Under the pieces are notes generated by a model. It searched no databases. It was not told where the DNA came from and saw only the letters and a program-made list of their open reading frames with translations. The translations under genes were made by a program, and so were the position numbers. From Octopus sinensis (Eukaryota): 64,000 nucleotides of DNA. Below, piece by piece: positions 11,642 through 24,690 of the stretch. Where the stretch lies: contig NC_043001.1 of NCBI RefSeq assembly GCF_006345805.1, positions 60,016,001 through 60,080,000 on the forward strand, in the 5' to 3' direction. Positions within the stretch are counted from its first letter, which is position 1, and every line of letters begins with the position of its first letter.

Positions 11642-13914
11642 GTAGGCAAATGTATAAAAAACGTCCATTTTGTGTCTATTGAGTTAAATGGCAGGCATGG
11701 ATAGCACATTGTTTTTAAGTATCAGTTAAGTGGGGAGAATATTATTCCTAAAAATCTATGATCATTTTTCAATCATCAACATGTACAGAAAGTGTTGTTC
11801 AATATTTGCAGAATTTGTCTGTACAAAATATCTCATTGGCCATAATGAATATTCATTATATGTTTGTTGGTATCATCCATATATTTTGCGCAACCCCTAT
11901 CTCCAACGCACATTCCTACACATGCCTGTGGCACGTCAATAGAATAATGATCATGAGTATAACTTGAAATGAAGTTTCGCTTAATCAATCGAACACATAG
12001 ACAAGAAAGAAATTTAATTGAATAGAGAGGTATTCAGGATATAGTACTCTGAAAATTATTTTGTTATATCAGTTATAAATATTGTTTTATTATTACGAAA
12101 TAGAATCCCAATAATCTGAAATTTAGATTCGTCATGTTCCATGAATTGAAAGTTTTATTACCTGATATATCTTTGGGAAAGACTAATAAAATTATGTCCT
12201 TCTAGAAGTGTAAGTGTCTCGTTAATCAATGAGGTAGTTAAACTTGAAATACACATTAAATATTTTCTCTAAACGAATATGTGTGATTCGCATGCAGATG
12301 TATTTTAATTTCCCAGCCTCTTTGTCCTGTCAAATTTGCGAAATGTCGACAGATACAAATCAAGAAAGGCCAGCGAATGAAGTAATTTCAGTTAGTTGCT
12401 TGTTTGAAATACTCAGATTAAATAGATTAAAGACTCAATGATTAATGCATTGCTAGAATATTGTCTGCAAGTATTGGTTCGTAATATAGGTCAAGCAGGT
12501 TGATTATTTTTACTTGCAAATCGACAATTAGTTGACACAGTATTAAACCGAATAAAGACGATATGCGTCACACAGAAGAATGTTCTAGAAATCATAAAAG
12601 AATGCTAGGCATTTTATTTCCTAAACAATGTATTACTCCCTTTGGACAGTTTTATAAGAGACAGTTTCAGAAATAGCTTTCTGCTTCTACATTTTAACAA
12701 AACTGACGGAATATCAATTTTCTTTATGAGAAGATTTTAATATGGTAAATTCGGAACTTTACTCGAGTCTTTCCGTTGCTTTGTGTAATTTCGAACTTTT
12801 AAATTAAAATTGAATTGCCTATTGATGTGTATATACTATTCAATGAAAAACTGGTTCATAACGTATTCCAGATATTGAAGAATTATGGTTCAAGATTAGT
12901 TATCTTTAGAGAACGTTGATTGCTTTTCTCTTGGCAAAAAGCTGCTGTTAATGGAAGCAATGGTGTATAACCATTTGTTCGATTTCTATATCTAACTGGA
13001 ATTCAAACTATCGAAACATCTTGTTTCATATAATTAACATTTCAAGTAAACTTAAATGCAAATGGACGAAAAATGGACTACAGAAAATAAAATAAGATGT
13101 AATATGAAAATGCTGGTGACAATATTTTAGTCAACAGCTGTTATGTTTTTACTATATTTGCCAAAATAAACATAATGAACGGATTTCATACGCCCTCAAG
13201 TTAAAATATTTCGGAAATGAGGAATTCAATGAATTAAAGAACTAACAATCTCAGAATTAAATAAGTGAATTTGTAGTTTTTGATTTCTATTGTTAGGTCA
13301 TAAATACGTCTGTTCATGAGTGCGATTATGCGAATGCATGTACTTATATCTGTTTTTGTTTTGCTGTATGTCTGCATATAAAAGAACTTGCCTTTCCGTT
13401 AATCAATCACAGTTTGGTAGAAACTTCGCACATATACATTTTCGAATGTAGAAGTCCCTATATATGTAAAATCTACAGAAACACAGATAGAAATCATTTA
13501 TGAATTTGAATATATTGATTTATGTCATTTTAGGTTTGAACGCAGTAGTTACTATCATGACTTCTTGTTTAAACATTTATAAATATTAATATCAATCAAG
13601 ATAATATCACATATTTTGTGCAAAGATCATGTGGAAGTTGTTGAATAGTTTCAAAAAGAGTGTATCTATTAAAACTGTGAGTGTAAAATATGTAAATGTA
13701 AAGTTTATGCGAATTTCTCACCAGTATCTTTTCAAATATATTCAGTCTTTTATCGTTCTGGAGAGCATTGCGAGTCGATGATCCCCATGCGTTGTAAAAA
13801 AAGTGAAATTGGTGATGGAATAAAGAAATATTAAGAAATATATTAGTGGGTGTGTATATGTTTCTGTGATGCAATGTATGTGAAAATGTACAAATAGATA
13901 AAATTATAATACAG

Positions 13915-14075
13915 TTCTATATTTAAGAGATGAGGAATTATGTACATTATTTACATTTGATGAATATTTGTCCTCACCTTGTTTGTTGTTAACACAACGT
14001 TTCGGCTGACATACCACCCAAGGCTTCATCAGATGTCTTGGGCAAATTACGAACCAAGGTTCCCATTCCTAAGGT
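13915..14075 (-). mobile_element. 3' tail of the tRNA-head/(AAT)n/HHR composite SINE, with HHR at 13991-14037
   Basis: Reverse complement matches 44085-44253; reads GACAT-CTGATGA...CAGCC-GAAACGTT-GTGTT. Confidence 0.85.
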
Positions 14076-14269
<194 letters not shown>

Positions 14270-15329
14270 CAGTAGTTTTATTTTTATAACGTGCTTTCAC
14301 TTCACAACCGAGCGCAGCTCTGTGTGCCTTGATGGTTACTGTGATGCTCTGATGGTTACTGTATTGAAAGTGTTCTGCGTAGGATGTGAGCAGTGCCCAG
14401 TAGTGCAATTTTCTGTATGTTACATGTATTTGTAAGCCCTGGTATTTTTGTTATGTATTTGTCTGAAAATTTTTATCATGCCTAATGCGCCTACTATGAT
14501 AGGAATTGTTTCTGTTTTTAGATTCCACATTCGGGTTACCTCTATTTCCAGGTCTTTGTATTTTGAAAGTTTCTCCATTTCTTTTAGAAACACGTTGTCA
14601 TCTGCTGGTATTGATACATCAATTAGAAAGTTTTTTTTTTCTTCATGATCTCTGACAATTATATCTGGTCTGTTGACCTTAATTTCTCTATCTGTGTGTA
14701 TCGGCATATCCCAGGGTATGGTTGCTTTCTCGTTTTCTGTGACCTTTTCTGGTGTGTGACTATACCATCTTTTTTCTGTTGTTATTCCATAATGTTGGTA
14801 TAGCTTCCAGTGTATGTAGGTCCCAACTCTGTCGTGTCTGTGAATATATTCCTTCTTAGCTAGGACTGGGCAGCCAGAGATAATACGATTTATTGTTTCT
14901 TGTCCATCTCCACATATTCTGCAGTTACTTGATATATTTCTTTTCATTACATGTTTTTGTAATTCCTGGGGTGGGGAGGCTTTGGTCTTGTGCTGCAATT
15001 AAAAATCCTTCTGTCTCTGCTTTCAGTCCTGAGCTTCTCAACCACAGCTGGGATTTTTCTTTGTCTATTTCTTTTGCATTTAGTTTAGTCCAGTACTTGC
15101 CATGAAGGGGCTTTTCTTGCCATCGTTTTATCATGGTCCGTTGCTGTTCTAGTTTTAGTTTGGATTTCATTTGCTTTATAATTTTGTTGTGTCTTCTTCT
15201 TTTTCTTCTTCTTCTTCTTCTTCTTCTTCTTCTTCTTCTTCCTTCCTTCTTCTTCTTCTTCTTCTTCTTCTTCTTTCTTCTTCTTCTTTTCTTCTTCTCT
15301 CTTCTTCTCCTTCTTCTTCTTCTTCTTTC

Positions 15330-15360
<31 letters not shown>

Positions 15361-18300
15361 TTCTTCTTCTTCTTCTTCTTCTTCTTGGTTCATATTTGGA
15401 GAGGTGGCTTAGATTTCTTGTTTGTATTTGTAAGCTTCCTTAAATACTGAGAATAATTTTTTGTTTTGTTAGTGTTTTGCCGCTATATGTATCAGTTTTT
15501 CTTGCTTCTGAAGTAGGTATTTTGCAGTCCTATGGTGGTTATTTTATAGTAGTGTTCCAGCTTTATAGGCCTCTAACACCTTCTATACGTTGTATATATA
15601 GTCTTTCTATGTCAGATTTTGGGTCATGCATCCTAGATCCTGTCATTATTTTTTCTTGTTTTCCTATCTATTTTGGTTAGTTCATTTAGCATCCAGTTAA
15701 GGATATTGTAGTTGTAACTTATAACAGGGACGGGTAAAGTGTTAATACCTATTATCTTGTTTTTAGCATTGAGCTCTGTTTTTAATATTGATTTAACTCG
15801 TCTATAGTATTTTTCTTTATTTTCTCTTTCATTTGTGTGTGTTGTGTCTTATCTAGTTCATGGATTGCTAAGTATTTGTAAGTTTGTCTTTGGTGTAATT
15901 CTCTTATTTCATTGGCTTTATCTAGTGTGATGTTGCTACTCTTAACTAGTTTTCCTCTTTTCAGGGTTACTTTGGCGCATTTTTCTAATCCAAATTTCAT
16001 ATCTATTTCTCTGGTGAATCCATGAACTGTCTTTAATAGTGTTTCCAGCTGTTTGTCATTTGCAGCGAATAGTTTTAGGTCATCCATATATAAAATATGG
16101 CTGATCGTTTTGCCGTAACATTTATATCGCATCCAGTTCTATTTAGCATATCAGATAGAGGTTACAGTTCCAACCAGAAAAGGAGTGGAGAGAGCGTGTC
16201 TCCCTGGAATATTCCTCTTCTAATGGGGATGCCTTTGGTTTTCATGAGTCCCTCTTTTGTTTGGAGGTGTAGGACTGTTTGCCATTTATTCATAGAGTGC
16301 TCTATGAATTTTATGATTGTTGGTGCTACTTTGTTAATGGCTAGTGTTTCGAGGATCCATGTGTGGGGGATGCTATCAAACGCCTTTCGGTTGTCGATCC
16401 AGGCCATACTGAGGCCTCTAATCATTCTGTGGCTATCTTCCGTTATGGCTTTATTGATCATTAGTTGATCTTTACAGCCATATGAGCCTCTGCGGCACCC
16501 CTTCTGCTCTTCTGGAAACAGGTTGTTTTCGTCCAGGTGCTTGTTCAATCTTTGTGATATTACTGCAGCGAATGCTTTGTACATTGTAGGGAAACAAGTT
16601 ATAGGTCTGTAGGTTTCTGGTTTTGCTGTCTCATTGGTTTTGGGTATTAAGAAGTTTTCCCCTTCGTGAGACATTCAGGCATTGTCTCTGGCTCTGCCAG
16701 TATGTTGTTAAGGTTTTCAGCCAGCCTTTTCTGCATTCCAGTCAGATATTTCAACCAGAAGTTGGGGATCTCGTCATGCCCAGGTGCTTTCCAGTTGCTT
16801 AGTCGTTGCAGTGCCTGGGTGACCTCTTCAGTTGTTATGGGGGTCCAAAGTTGCACAGATGCTAAGTTTGTTGTTTTAATACTTCTTTTTTTGGTTGTTC
16901 ATTCGCCGACCATATTTCCTTCCAGAATTCTTCCACTTCTTCTGCCGTTGGTGCTGCAGTGATTTCTATTTTATGTTTGCCAAGTTCTTGGTAAAACTTT
17001 TTGGGGTTGGAGTTGAACTGTTTGTTTTGTTCAAAGAAGCGTTGGCGTTTCTCATACCGGCGGATCCTTTGCGCTTTGGCAAGGATATCTTGCTTTAGCT
17101 TTTCTCTTATCTCAGGTAAAACTTTTTCTGTGATGTTGTATTTGCACAGTATTTTTGTTTTCTCTTTGTTGCTTAGTAGCGTTGATTGTCTACTGATTTC
17201 ATTAAAAATCGACAGATCTTTTCTCATTTTTTGTATTTTTTTGGATGTTATTTATCCACAGGTTTTGTTTGGGTAGTGGTACTCCTGCTTGGATGGGTTT
17301 GAGGGAGTATCCAGCTTCTTTTGTGGCTGCAGTCATTTAGCTCAGTGATATCGCTATTTGTTTCGGTGGCTATTAGTTCTGCGACGGCTAGGTTTATGCG
17401 CTTACAATTGTTGTTTTTTTTTGTCTATTTTGATTTTTGGGATGTATGGTCGGTGGTCCATTTTGAGATCTGTGTTTTTCGGATCTTTGATTATTCTACT
17501 TTTTATAGTATCATAATCATTAGGTTTCCCTTCGTTATTTCCAGGTTTTAGTTTTGTGTCACTTTCTTTCTCATTCGTATGTTTGTCTGTCGTGTTTTGG
17601 CTTGCTGCTTGTCGTGCATTATTATGCATCCTTACGGTCTGGGTTTGTTGTTTTTTGTTTACATCGTTTTTGTTGGAAATGTTACGTTTGTCTTCGTGTT
17701 TTACTATCTCAGAGTTTATATTATTTGGCATTATTGTGTGGCTTCTATCTATATTTTCCTGATGTATTTTTTCTTTTAAATGTTCTATTTCTATTTCTGA
17801 TATTTTTTTGTGTTGAGAATATATCTGTGTACGTTAGCTAGTTTATTAGAGTTCATTGCTGTATCCAAGTCTTTATTTATGATATTTTTCTTCCATATTT
17901 TATATGTATATGTTGTGTTTTCGTTCTTTGGGTAGAGCACTGCTGTAAAGTAAGCGTGTAGGATAGAAATGTATTCCTCACGTGTCCATTTATGCCTTTT
18001 TGGTTTTATTTGCGGGACATGAGGAGCAGCATCCGGTCCATTATTTTGACGGTCGTCATTTTCGTAGGGTACCGGTCCGTTCATTTCTGTTGTCACATTG
18101 CTTTGCACGTGTAATTTTTCGTACCTTTTGCGTAACAGGTTCAAAGCACGTACTTCCCGATTGTTATTCTTGGGTTGAATAATACCGGTATTATCTAATT
18201 TATTCGTAGTCGTTTTGTACATGGTGTTTGGGACCGGAGATGATCTGTTGTTGATGGATCGTAATTATCAATCATGTTTACATGGTTGGAGAGGATATCG

Positions 18301-18494
18301 AGTTTGGAATATAGCAATAAATTTCAAAGAGTATTACTTACTCGGATATAGTTTTATCATTTTTCAGTTATTGTTTTGCTCCATACGATGTCTTTGTTTC
18401 CGATGTTTGTGGATAGATTTCGGAGCATTGTTTTATCGCTCGCACATGTTAGACGTCCCCGGTGTTTTCTCCCGTCCCCGGTGTTCTCTCCATA

Positions 18495-18497
<3 letters not shown>
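14270..18497 (-). mobile_element. Near full-length R4/Dong retrotransposon, family alpha (copy D)
   Basis: N-terminal KWTREEY (Myb-like, inferred); RT WIDNRKAFDS, GIFQGDTLSPLLF, ILYMDDLKLF; CRICGDGQETINRIISGC...HD; RPDIIV...LIDVSIP...KY. 3' end CTACTG|AATAAT; internal (AAG)n expansion. Confidence 0.92.
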
Positions 18498-18536
<39 letters not shown>

Positions 18537-18537
<1 letters not shown>

Positions 18538-19649
18538 TTTTTTTTCTTCTTTCAAATTTGCTTCCATTTCTTGCCGAGTGTCTTCCCGACTCCTAGGGCA
18601 AAGAAACTCATAGTATACATTGGTAGGCCATTAAACCAAACTCAATAGTTCGTTAATTTTTTTTTTTTTTAAGTTAAATTAAAATACATGAGCAGCAACA
18701 GTTCTCACATCGAAAATGCTCTTCTCAATACGTGTGATGTACCAGTTAAGACAATTTTTTGTACTTCTTGCAGGGATGGTAAGCCAGGGATCATTCTCAT
18801 ATAATTTTCGGTTCCCTTCTTGATCATTCCTAGTGCTCCTACGATCACTGGTATTGTAACCGCCTTGAGATGCCACATTTTCTCAATTTCAATGAGCAAG
18901 TCTTTATATTTTCTGAGCTTGTCAAACTCTTTCGCTGAGATATTATGATCACAGGGGATGCTCATGTCGATCAATAAGCAAACTTTATTGTTTTGGTCTT
19001 TCACAACAATATCTGGTTTATTGGCCTTGATGGTTCGGTCTGTATGTACTGGAAAGTCCCACAGAATGGTTACATTTTCTCCTCCAGTTACAGCCTCAGG
19101 GTGGTGATTATACCACTTGTCGGCAGTTTTGATATTGTAATACCGACTTATTAGCCGGTGGAGATATTGGCCAACTCTGTCATGTCTTAATTTATACTCC
19201 ACTGGTGCTAAGACTTTACATCCAGCGATTAGGTGGTCCACTGTTTCAATCATATCATTGCAGAATCGGCATTTTGGGTCCGCTCCATTTTTCATCACAT
19301 TGGCCTGGTAGTTCCGGGTTAATAGGCTTTGATCTTGAGCAGCCAGGATGAAACCTTCGCTCTCTGCTTTTAGCCCTGAGCTCCGTAGCCACTGATGGGT
19401 TTGCTTCTGGTCAACATCAGCTTGTTTGCTGCGGGTCACATATTTGCCGTGCAGAGGTTTCTCCTCCCACCTATCAGCCAATTGCTCGTGCGCTTTTTTC
19501 ATTGCCATCATTTTCACCTTCTTTGCAACAATAGTTGCCGTACTTCCCTCGGGTTGTTCAGTTTGGGTATCCTGCACGAGATCAATAGCAAATCTTTTGC
19601 TTTCCTTTATGATAGAATGGAGCTTCTTTCGTCTCTCGTGATTTTCCAC
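18537..19649 (-). mobile_element. 5'-truncated R4/Dong retrotransposon, family gamma (copy E) with intact 314-aa C-terminal ORF
   Basis: ORF 18705-19649: CRFCNDMIETVDHLIAGC...HD and KPDIVV...LIDMSIP...K..KY. (AAT)n on both sides. Confidence 0.92.
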
Positions 19650-19665
19650 TTATTATTATTATTCC

Positions 19666-19760
<95 letters not shown>

Positions 19761-19766
19761 CTGTTG

Positions 19767-19812
<46 letters not shown>

Positions 19813-19822
19813 TACTATTATT
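19650..19822. repeat. (ATT)/(GTT) microsatellite
   Basis: Read directly from the sequence. Confidence 0.95.
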
Positions 19823-19862
19823 CAGGACACTGCCTGGAATCGAACGCGGAATCTTTGGGTTA
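19823..19862 (-). mobile_element. Truncated tRNA-like head of the composite SINE (minus copy)
   Basis: Reverse complement TAACCCAAAGATTCCGCGTTCGATTCCAGGCAGTGTCCTG|AATAAT matches 43916-43958; B-box GTTCGATTCC. Confidence 0.85.
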
Positions 19863-19917
19863 ATGGTGAAGAGCGCGGGCTACTAACCCCAAGATGCCGA
19901 GTTCGATTCCAGGCAGT
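19863..19917 (+). mobile_element. tRNA-like head of the composite SINE (plus copy)
   Basis: TGGTGAAGAGCGCGGGCTACTAACCCCAAGATGCCGAGTTCGATTCCAGGCAGT matches 43895-43949. Confidence 0.85.
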
Positions 19918-19920
19918 AAT

Positions 19921-21216
19921 TCGAAAACTGTTGACAATGCATTGAGTGCACCACCCTAAGGCAGATATAGATCGATTTTATCTACGAAGAAAGGAGGGAG
20001 GCCGTGTGCTTTTGCAACTGGCAATAACAATGAAGGTTGCTACAATTGGCCTAGACACCTACCTGAAAAACTCCGAGGACTGGATGTTAAAACTTGTCTC
20101 AAAACATGAAGACAAGAAAGCATCATACTCAGTAAAAAAACAGGCAAAGGAATATCTAAGTGAATTCCGATTACAACAAATTCCGGAATTAGACACACAA
20201 GAAATAAGCACAGAAAAAGCTAAGCGCATGAAAACCCGTGCTAAAACTGCTGCCTTAGATATTCTGAATGTTAACTGGCAAGAAAAACCTCTCAATGGCA
20301 AATACCCAAAGAGAGCAAATAATGCAGATGTTGACAAAGCCCCGACCCATCAAAGGCTAATGGCCTCTGGCTTAAAATCTGAAACAGAAGGGTTTATCAT
20401 AGCAGCTCAAGATCAATTCCTACCTACAAGGAACTACCAGACAAACATACTAAAGAACGGCAGTAGCCCAACATGTTGTGTATGTCAACAACAAAATGAA
20501 ACCATTGATCATGTTGTCTCCAAGTGCAATCTTCTTGCGCCTACAGAGTATCTCAACAGGCATGATAGAGCTGCACAATATATTCACTGGGTAATTTGCA
20601 GAAGCCTGGACTTGCCCCATGATAAAAACTGGTGGGAACGCAAACCACCTCCAATGCTTGAAAATGACCACATCTCACTCCTCTGGAACTTCACCATTCA
20701 AATTGACAGAAAGATAGACGCGAATAGGCCAGATATCATAGTAAAAGACATCAGACAAATGACATGCCTCCTCATTGACATGACTGTCCCAATCGATATA
20801 AACGTATCTGTCACGACCTGACATTAAGATATGGAAATAGAAATCAGCAAAATGTGGAACCTGAAGAGTAAAACAATACCTGTTTTCATAGGTGCCCTGG
20901 GATTGATAGCAAAGGGGCTGAATTCTACCTAACTCAGATACCAGGAAACCCCAAAATAGCAGACATCCAAAAGGTAGTCCTCATGGGAACTGCTCATATC
21001 CTACGCAAAATACTTTCTTTGTAATCTCAAGTTTTAAAACAAACATAATTTTCGTAGGGTTTTTTAGACATTCACTTGTACAACACTAAGTACAAAACCA
21101 AATATATGGCACCATAGGCATAACACCAACATGAACTTCCAACTTGTTGTCTCTTGAGGTCTCTGGGTGAGACTTGGAGCTAGCTTGTGCAAATGTGAAG
21201 CAAAAGTCAAACATAG
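19921..21216 (+). mobile_element. 5'-truncated Dong family beta (copy B2) with 291-aa ORF
   Basis: Colinear with about 5459-6765; knuckle and RLE present; ends CATAG|AATAAT. Confidence 0.92.
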
Positions 21217-21234
21217 AATAATAATGATAATAAT

Positions 21235-21332
<98 letters not shown>

Positions 21333-21430
21333 CAACAACATACCATCGGAATGAGAACAGCGGAAACGTTCTGTCAACAACAAACAAGACGAGGGAAATA
21401 TCCATCAAATGTAAATAATGTAGATAAAAT
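21217..21430 (+). mobile_element. (AAT)n plus internally deleted 3' tail of the composite SINE
   Basis: GGAATGAGAAC..GAAACGTT..AACAACAAACAAGA..AAATATCC..AAATGTAAATAATGTA matches 44101-44230; the 5' half of the HHR is missing. Confidence 0.75.
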
Positions 21431-21702
21431 TATATTAAAAATCACATATGGGTTGCGTATAACAAAACGAATATACTGATATTATTTATTAAACTATGTA
21501 TTGGACTGAAACGCGTGTAGCATCTTTCAAAAACTATCCATTGGTTTTGATTTAGTATGTACCGTAGTTTCCTATATGGATTTGTATTGCGGCATACTGC
21601 TTAAATTAAATTTTAATATAAATATTTGCATATCACCAACTCAGCTATGAATTTATATGGCAAATATATATACTGACTGAAAAATCTTACTGTTCTATTA
21701 GA

Positions 21703-21766
21703 GCAATGGAGTCATATTGCTGACGAGTCCCAATTATAGGACGAAATCGCAGTCCATTATTCTTGC
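21703..21766 (+). ncRNA. Type I hammerhead ribozyme motif
   Basis: ATATTG-CTGACGA-GTCC/CAATTATA/GGAC-GAAA-TCGCA-GTC-CATTAT; predicted cut after 21754. Confidence 0.7.
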
Positions 21767-22109
21767 TTTGCTCATGAGGTATCTATCTGCACTCGTTAAT
21801 GTATATGAATGTGCTTTTCAGGTAGTTATTAAATTTTTAACCCTTATATCTAGCAATAAGCGCGCCTTTGGAACCCACAGTCACAATTAGAGGCGATTAA
21901 ATGTTTTCGTATTTCACTTTGTATTGTGGCTAGTTGCTTAAACTGATGTGCGCGCGCGCGTGTATGCGTCTGTATTTATATAATTAATTCAAAATATGGA
22001 GATACAAGAAAAAGAACATCTATATTTTATTCTTTTTCATCCATTCGGTATTCAACAACCAACTGAAATTTCGCCATGTAGTGCATTACTGGATTTTACC
22101 ACGAGAAGG

Positions 22110-22196
22110 GAACCCTGAGGAAGGAAATATATATTTTATATTTGTTGAATTATTTCCTGCAGCCCCTTAAAAGATTTCTGAAACGGCCGTAGGTTT
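22110..22196 (+). ncRNA. Type I minimal hammerhead with long helix II insert
   Basis: GAACC-CTGAGGA-AGGAA...TTTCT-GAA-ACGGCCGT-A-GGTTT; palindromic helix III; predicted cut after 22191. Confidence 0.7.
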
Positions 22197-22792
22197 GGAC
22201 TAATCCTTTCAGGGACCTCTCCTTTAACCTATTTTAACTATATTTTCTACTTTCATGGTACTCCCTATATGTTTATATATATATTTTTATCTTTTATTTT
22301 TTATGTTTATATTCTTATATTTCTATATTCCTATCGTCTATGTCTTAATATAAATATGTGATTATTTGAATTGAATAATATCTCATGTCATATATCTGAA
22401 TTATGTATTTGCTTGCCTGAATGTTTAAGACAAATATCTGAAATATACTAAATATATATATATACACACACACATATGTAGGTATGCGAATACACATGTA
22501 TATCTGTGTTTAACTCTGTGTATATATATATATATATATATATGTCACTCTCTTGGGATGATATCCATGTTCATAATAAATTATCAGGTTTAGTAAATTT
22601 TGTATATTCTCCTAAATTCGCAGTAAAAGTCTCGGGAACATAATATTATATATCCCTAATTTTATAATATGTGAATTTATGCAATTTCAATACAGTGATT
22701 TGTAGTTTCTGATGAATTGATTAAGTAATGTAACTTTATTTCCTTCGCACTAAATGTTACATACATACATAGATGCATAATACATACGTACA

Positions 22793-22844
<52 letters not shown>

Positions 22845-22856
22845 TATACATATACA

Positions 22857-24690
22857 TATGGCTTTCCAGCCCCCGTTATCGAGTATGGCCATTGCACGAA
22901 GCTTAACTGTTACTGGTGCTGTGATCGAATGTGACTTTTTAGTCCAGCTATGTCTTGTACAGAATTGGCAACTAAAACCTTTACCGGTAATAGCCGGCTG
23001 TAGTTGTAACTGGGCTTCATGTATCTTTGCATGTCGTTTAAGTCCTCCTGCCGAATTACACTCTCTTCCACATGCCCGATAGATAAGATTAGTATGGTGT
23101 GTTACACAACCACCAGTGGCCAGGTTGTCACTCATCTGTCTCGCTTTATGACTACGAAGATGACTCTTGAGTCCAGCTTTACTGAGGCACAGACATAGCA
23201 TGTCAGCATCAAAAGAAGACCCTTTCCATCTGGAAATGTAACAGCGATGCCCTTCCTGACATCCCTCCTTACTTTCTCATGTGCAACTCGAGATTTCTCA
23301 AAAGTGGCTGTCCCCTCGTGCACAAACCTTCTCCACCTGCTACGATCAATAGCTATGCCTTCCCATGTGTCAGGAGAGATGCAAGCATCTCTTAAGGAAG
23401 CCTTCAGCAAGTCCTTATACCTCTTTTTTGGTTTATGTGGAGGTCGTTCTCCTTTAGCTAACTCTCCATAAAAGAGTTGTTTTGGCATCTTGAATCCTTC
23501 ATCCTGACCAGATGACCACTCCATCTGAGCCTTTACTTTAACACAAGAGCTTCTATACTTTCACACCGAGAGCCTTCCAATATTTCAAGATCACTGATGC
23601 GGGGTCCTTACACTTAATGCCATAGATCCGTCTGAGGCACATCTGATGGAAACGTTCCAGTTGTTTAAGGTGGTATCGATATGTGACCCACGTCTCGCAG
23701 GCATAGACAAGAGAAGGGAGCACACATGCCTTGTACACCTTTATCTTCGTCTTTCTGCGTATGTCTCGCCGATTCCAGAGGCGCTTTTCTAGCCTTCCGA
23801 AAGCAACATTTGCTTTCCTAATTCTATATGGAATTTCATCATCCAATTTGCTATATCTATTAATAGTGCTTCCCAGGTAGACAAACTGATCAACTAAATC
23901 AAGTCGTTTACCATACAAATAGATATTTGGTACACTATACTGCTTACCAGGGGCAGGTTGATGCATGACAATAATTCTCTTGAGATTGACTGTCAATCCT
24001 AAGGCAGTGCAAGCATCAGAGAATGCATTCAAAATGTGTTGCATATCAATCTCTGTGTGGGCTACTAGCTCACAATCATCTGCATACAAAAGATCTCTTA
24101 TGATAGAGGTAAATACCTTTGTTTTTGCAGCAAGGCGCCTGATATTAAATATGCTGCCAGAGGTTCGATAATGGACATAAACACCGTATCTGCAGTTTCT
24201 GAATGCAATACAGAACACCATCGCAAAGTATATGGAAATAGGGTCGGTGCCAGAATATCCCCCCGTTTCACTCCATTTTGTATTGAAATGGACTCCGACA
24301 TTTTCCCTCTAACATTCACCCTACCATTCATGTCTTCATGGAAAGGCCTAACCAAAGCAAGGAACTTTTCAGGATACCCAAATTTCTGGAGGACTTTCCA
24401 CAATGCTTTTCTATTGACAGTATCAAAGACTCTTGTCAGATCGAGACCCTGTTCCACACACTTCTGAAGCTGTCTTGCTGAAAAGATCATATCAGCAGTG
24501 CCACGTCCCAAACGAAAGCCAGATTGACTTTGGGGAAGAACACAATCTGCAATGTATTTCAGCAGACGATCCAGAAGTATCCTGCATAAAACCTTTCCTA
24601 CGGCAGACAGCAATGATACTCCCCTATAATTACCACGATCATTCCTGTTGCCCTTTCCCTTATACAGGACCACCATTATTGCATCTCTCG
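22857..24690 (-). mobile_element. 5'-truncated RTE (BovB-like) LINE with C-terminal C2H2 fingers, frameshifted
   Basis: LYKGKG..NYRGVSLLS..QSGFR..FDTVNR..GVKRGDILAPTLF; LLYADD; PKQLFYGEL; GLKSHLRSH and CGRECNSAGGLKRHAKIH. Confidence 0.92.

Noticed and set aside
18400-18497. HDV-like ribozyme at the 5' end of Dong D (and of B at 2673)
   Set aside because: Expected from R2 biology, but I could not fold a double pseudoknot; only a tandem AACACCGGGGACG is visible.
21470-21525. CTGATAT...GAAACGCGT
   Set aside because: The core and helix II are too degenerate to call.
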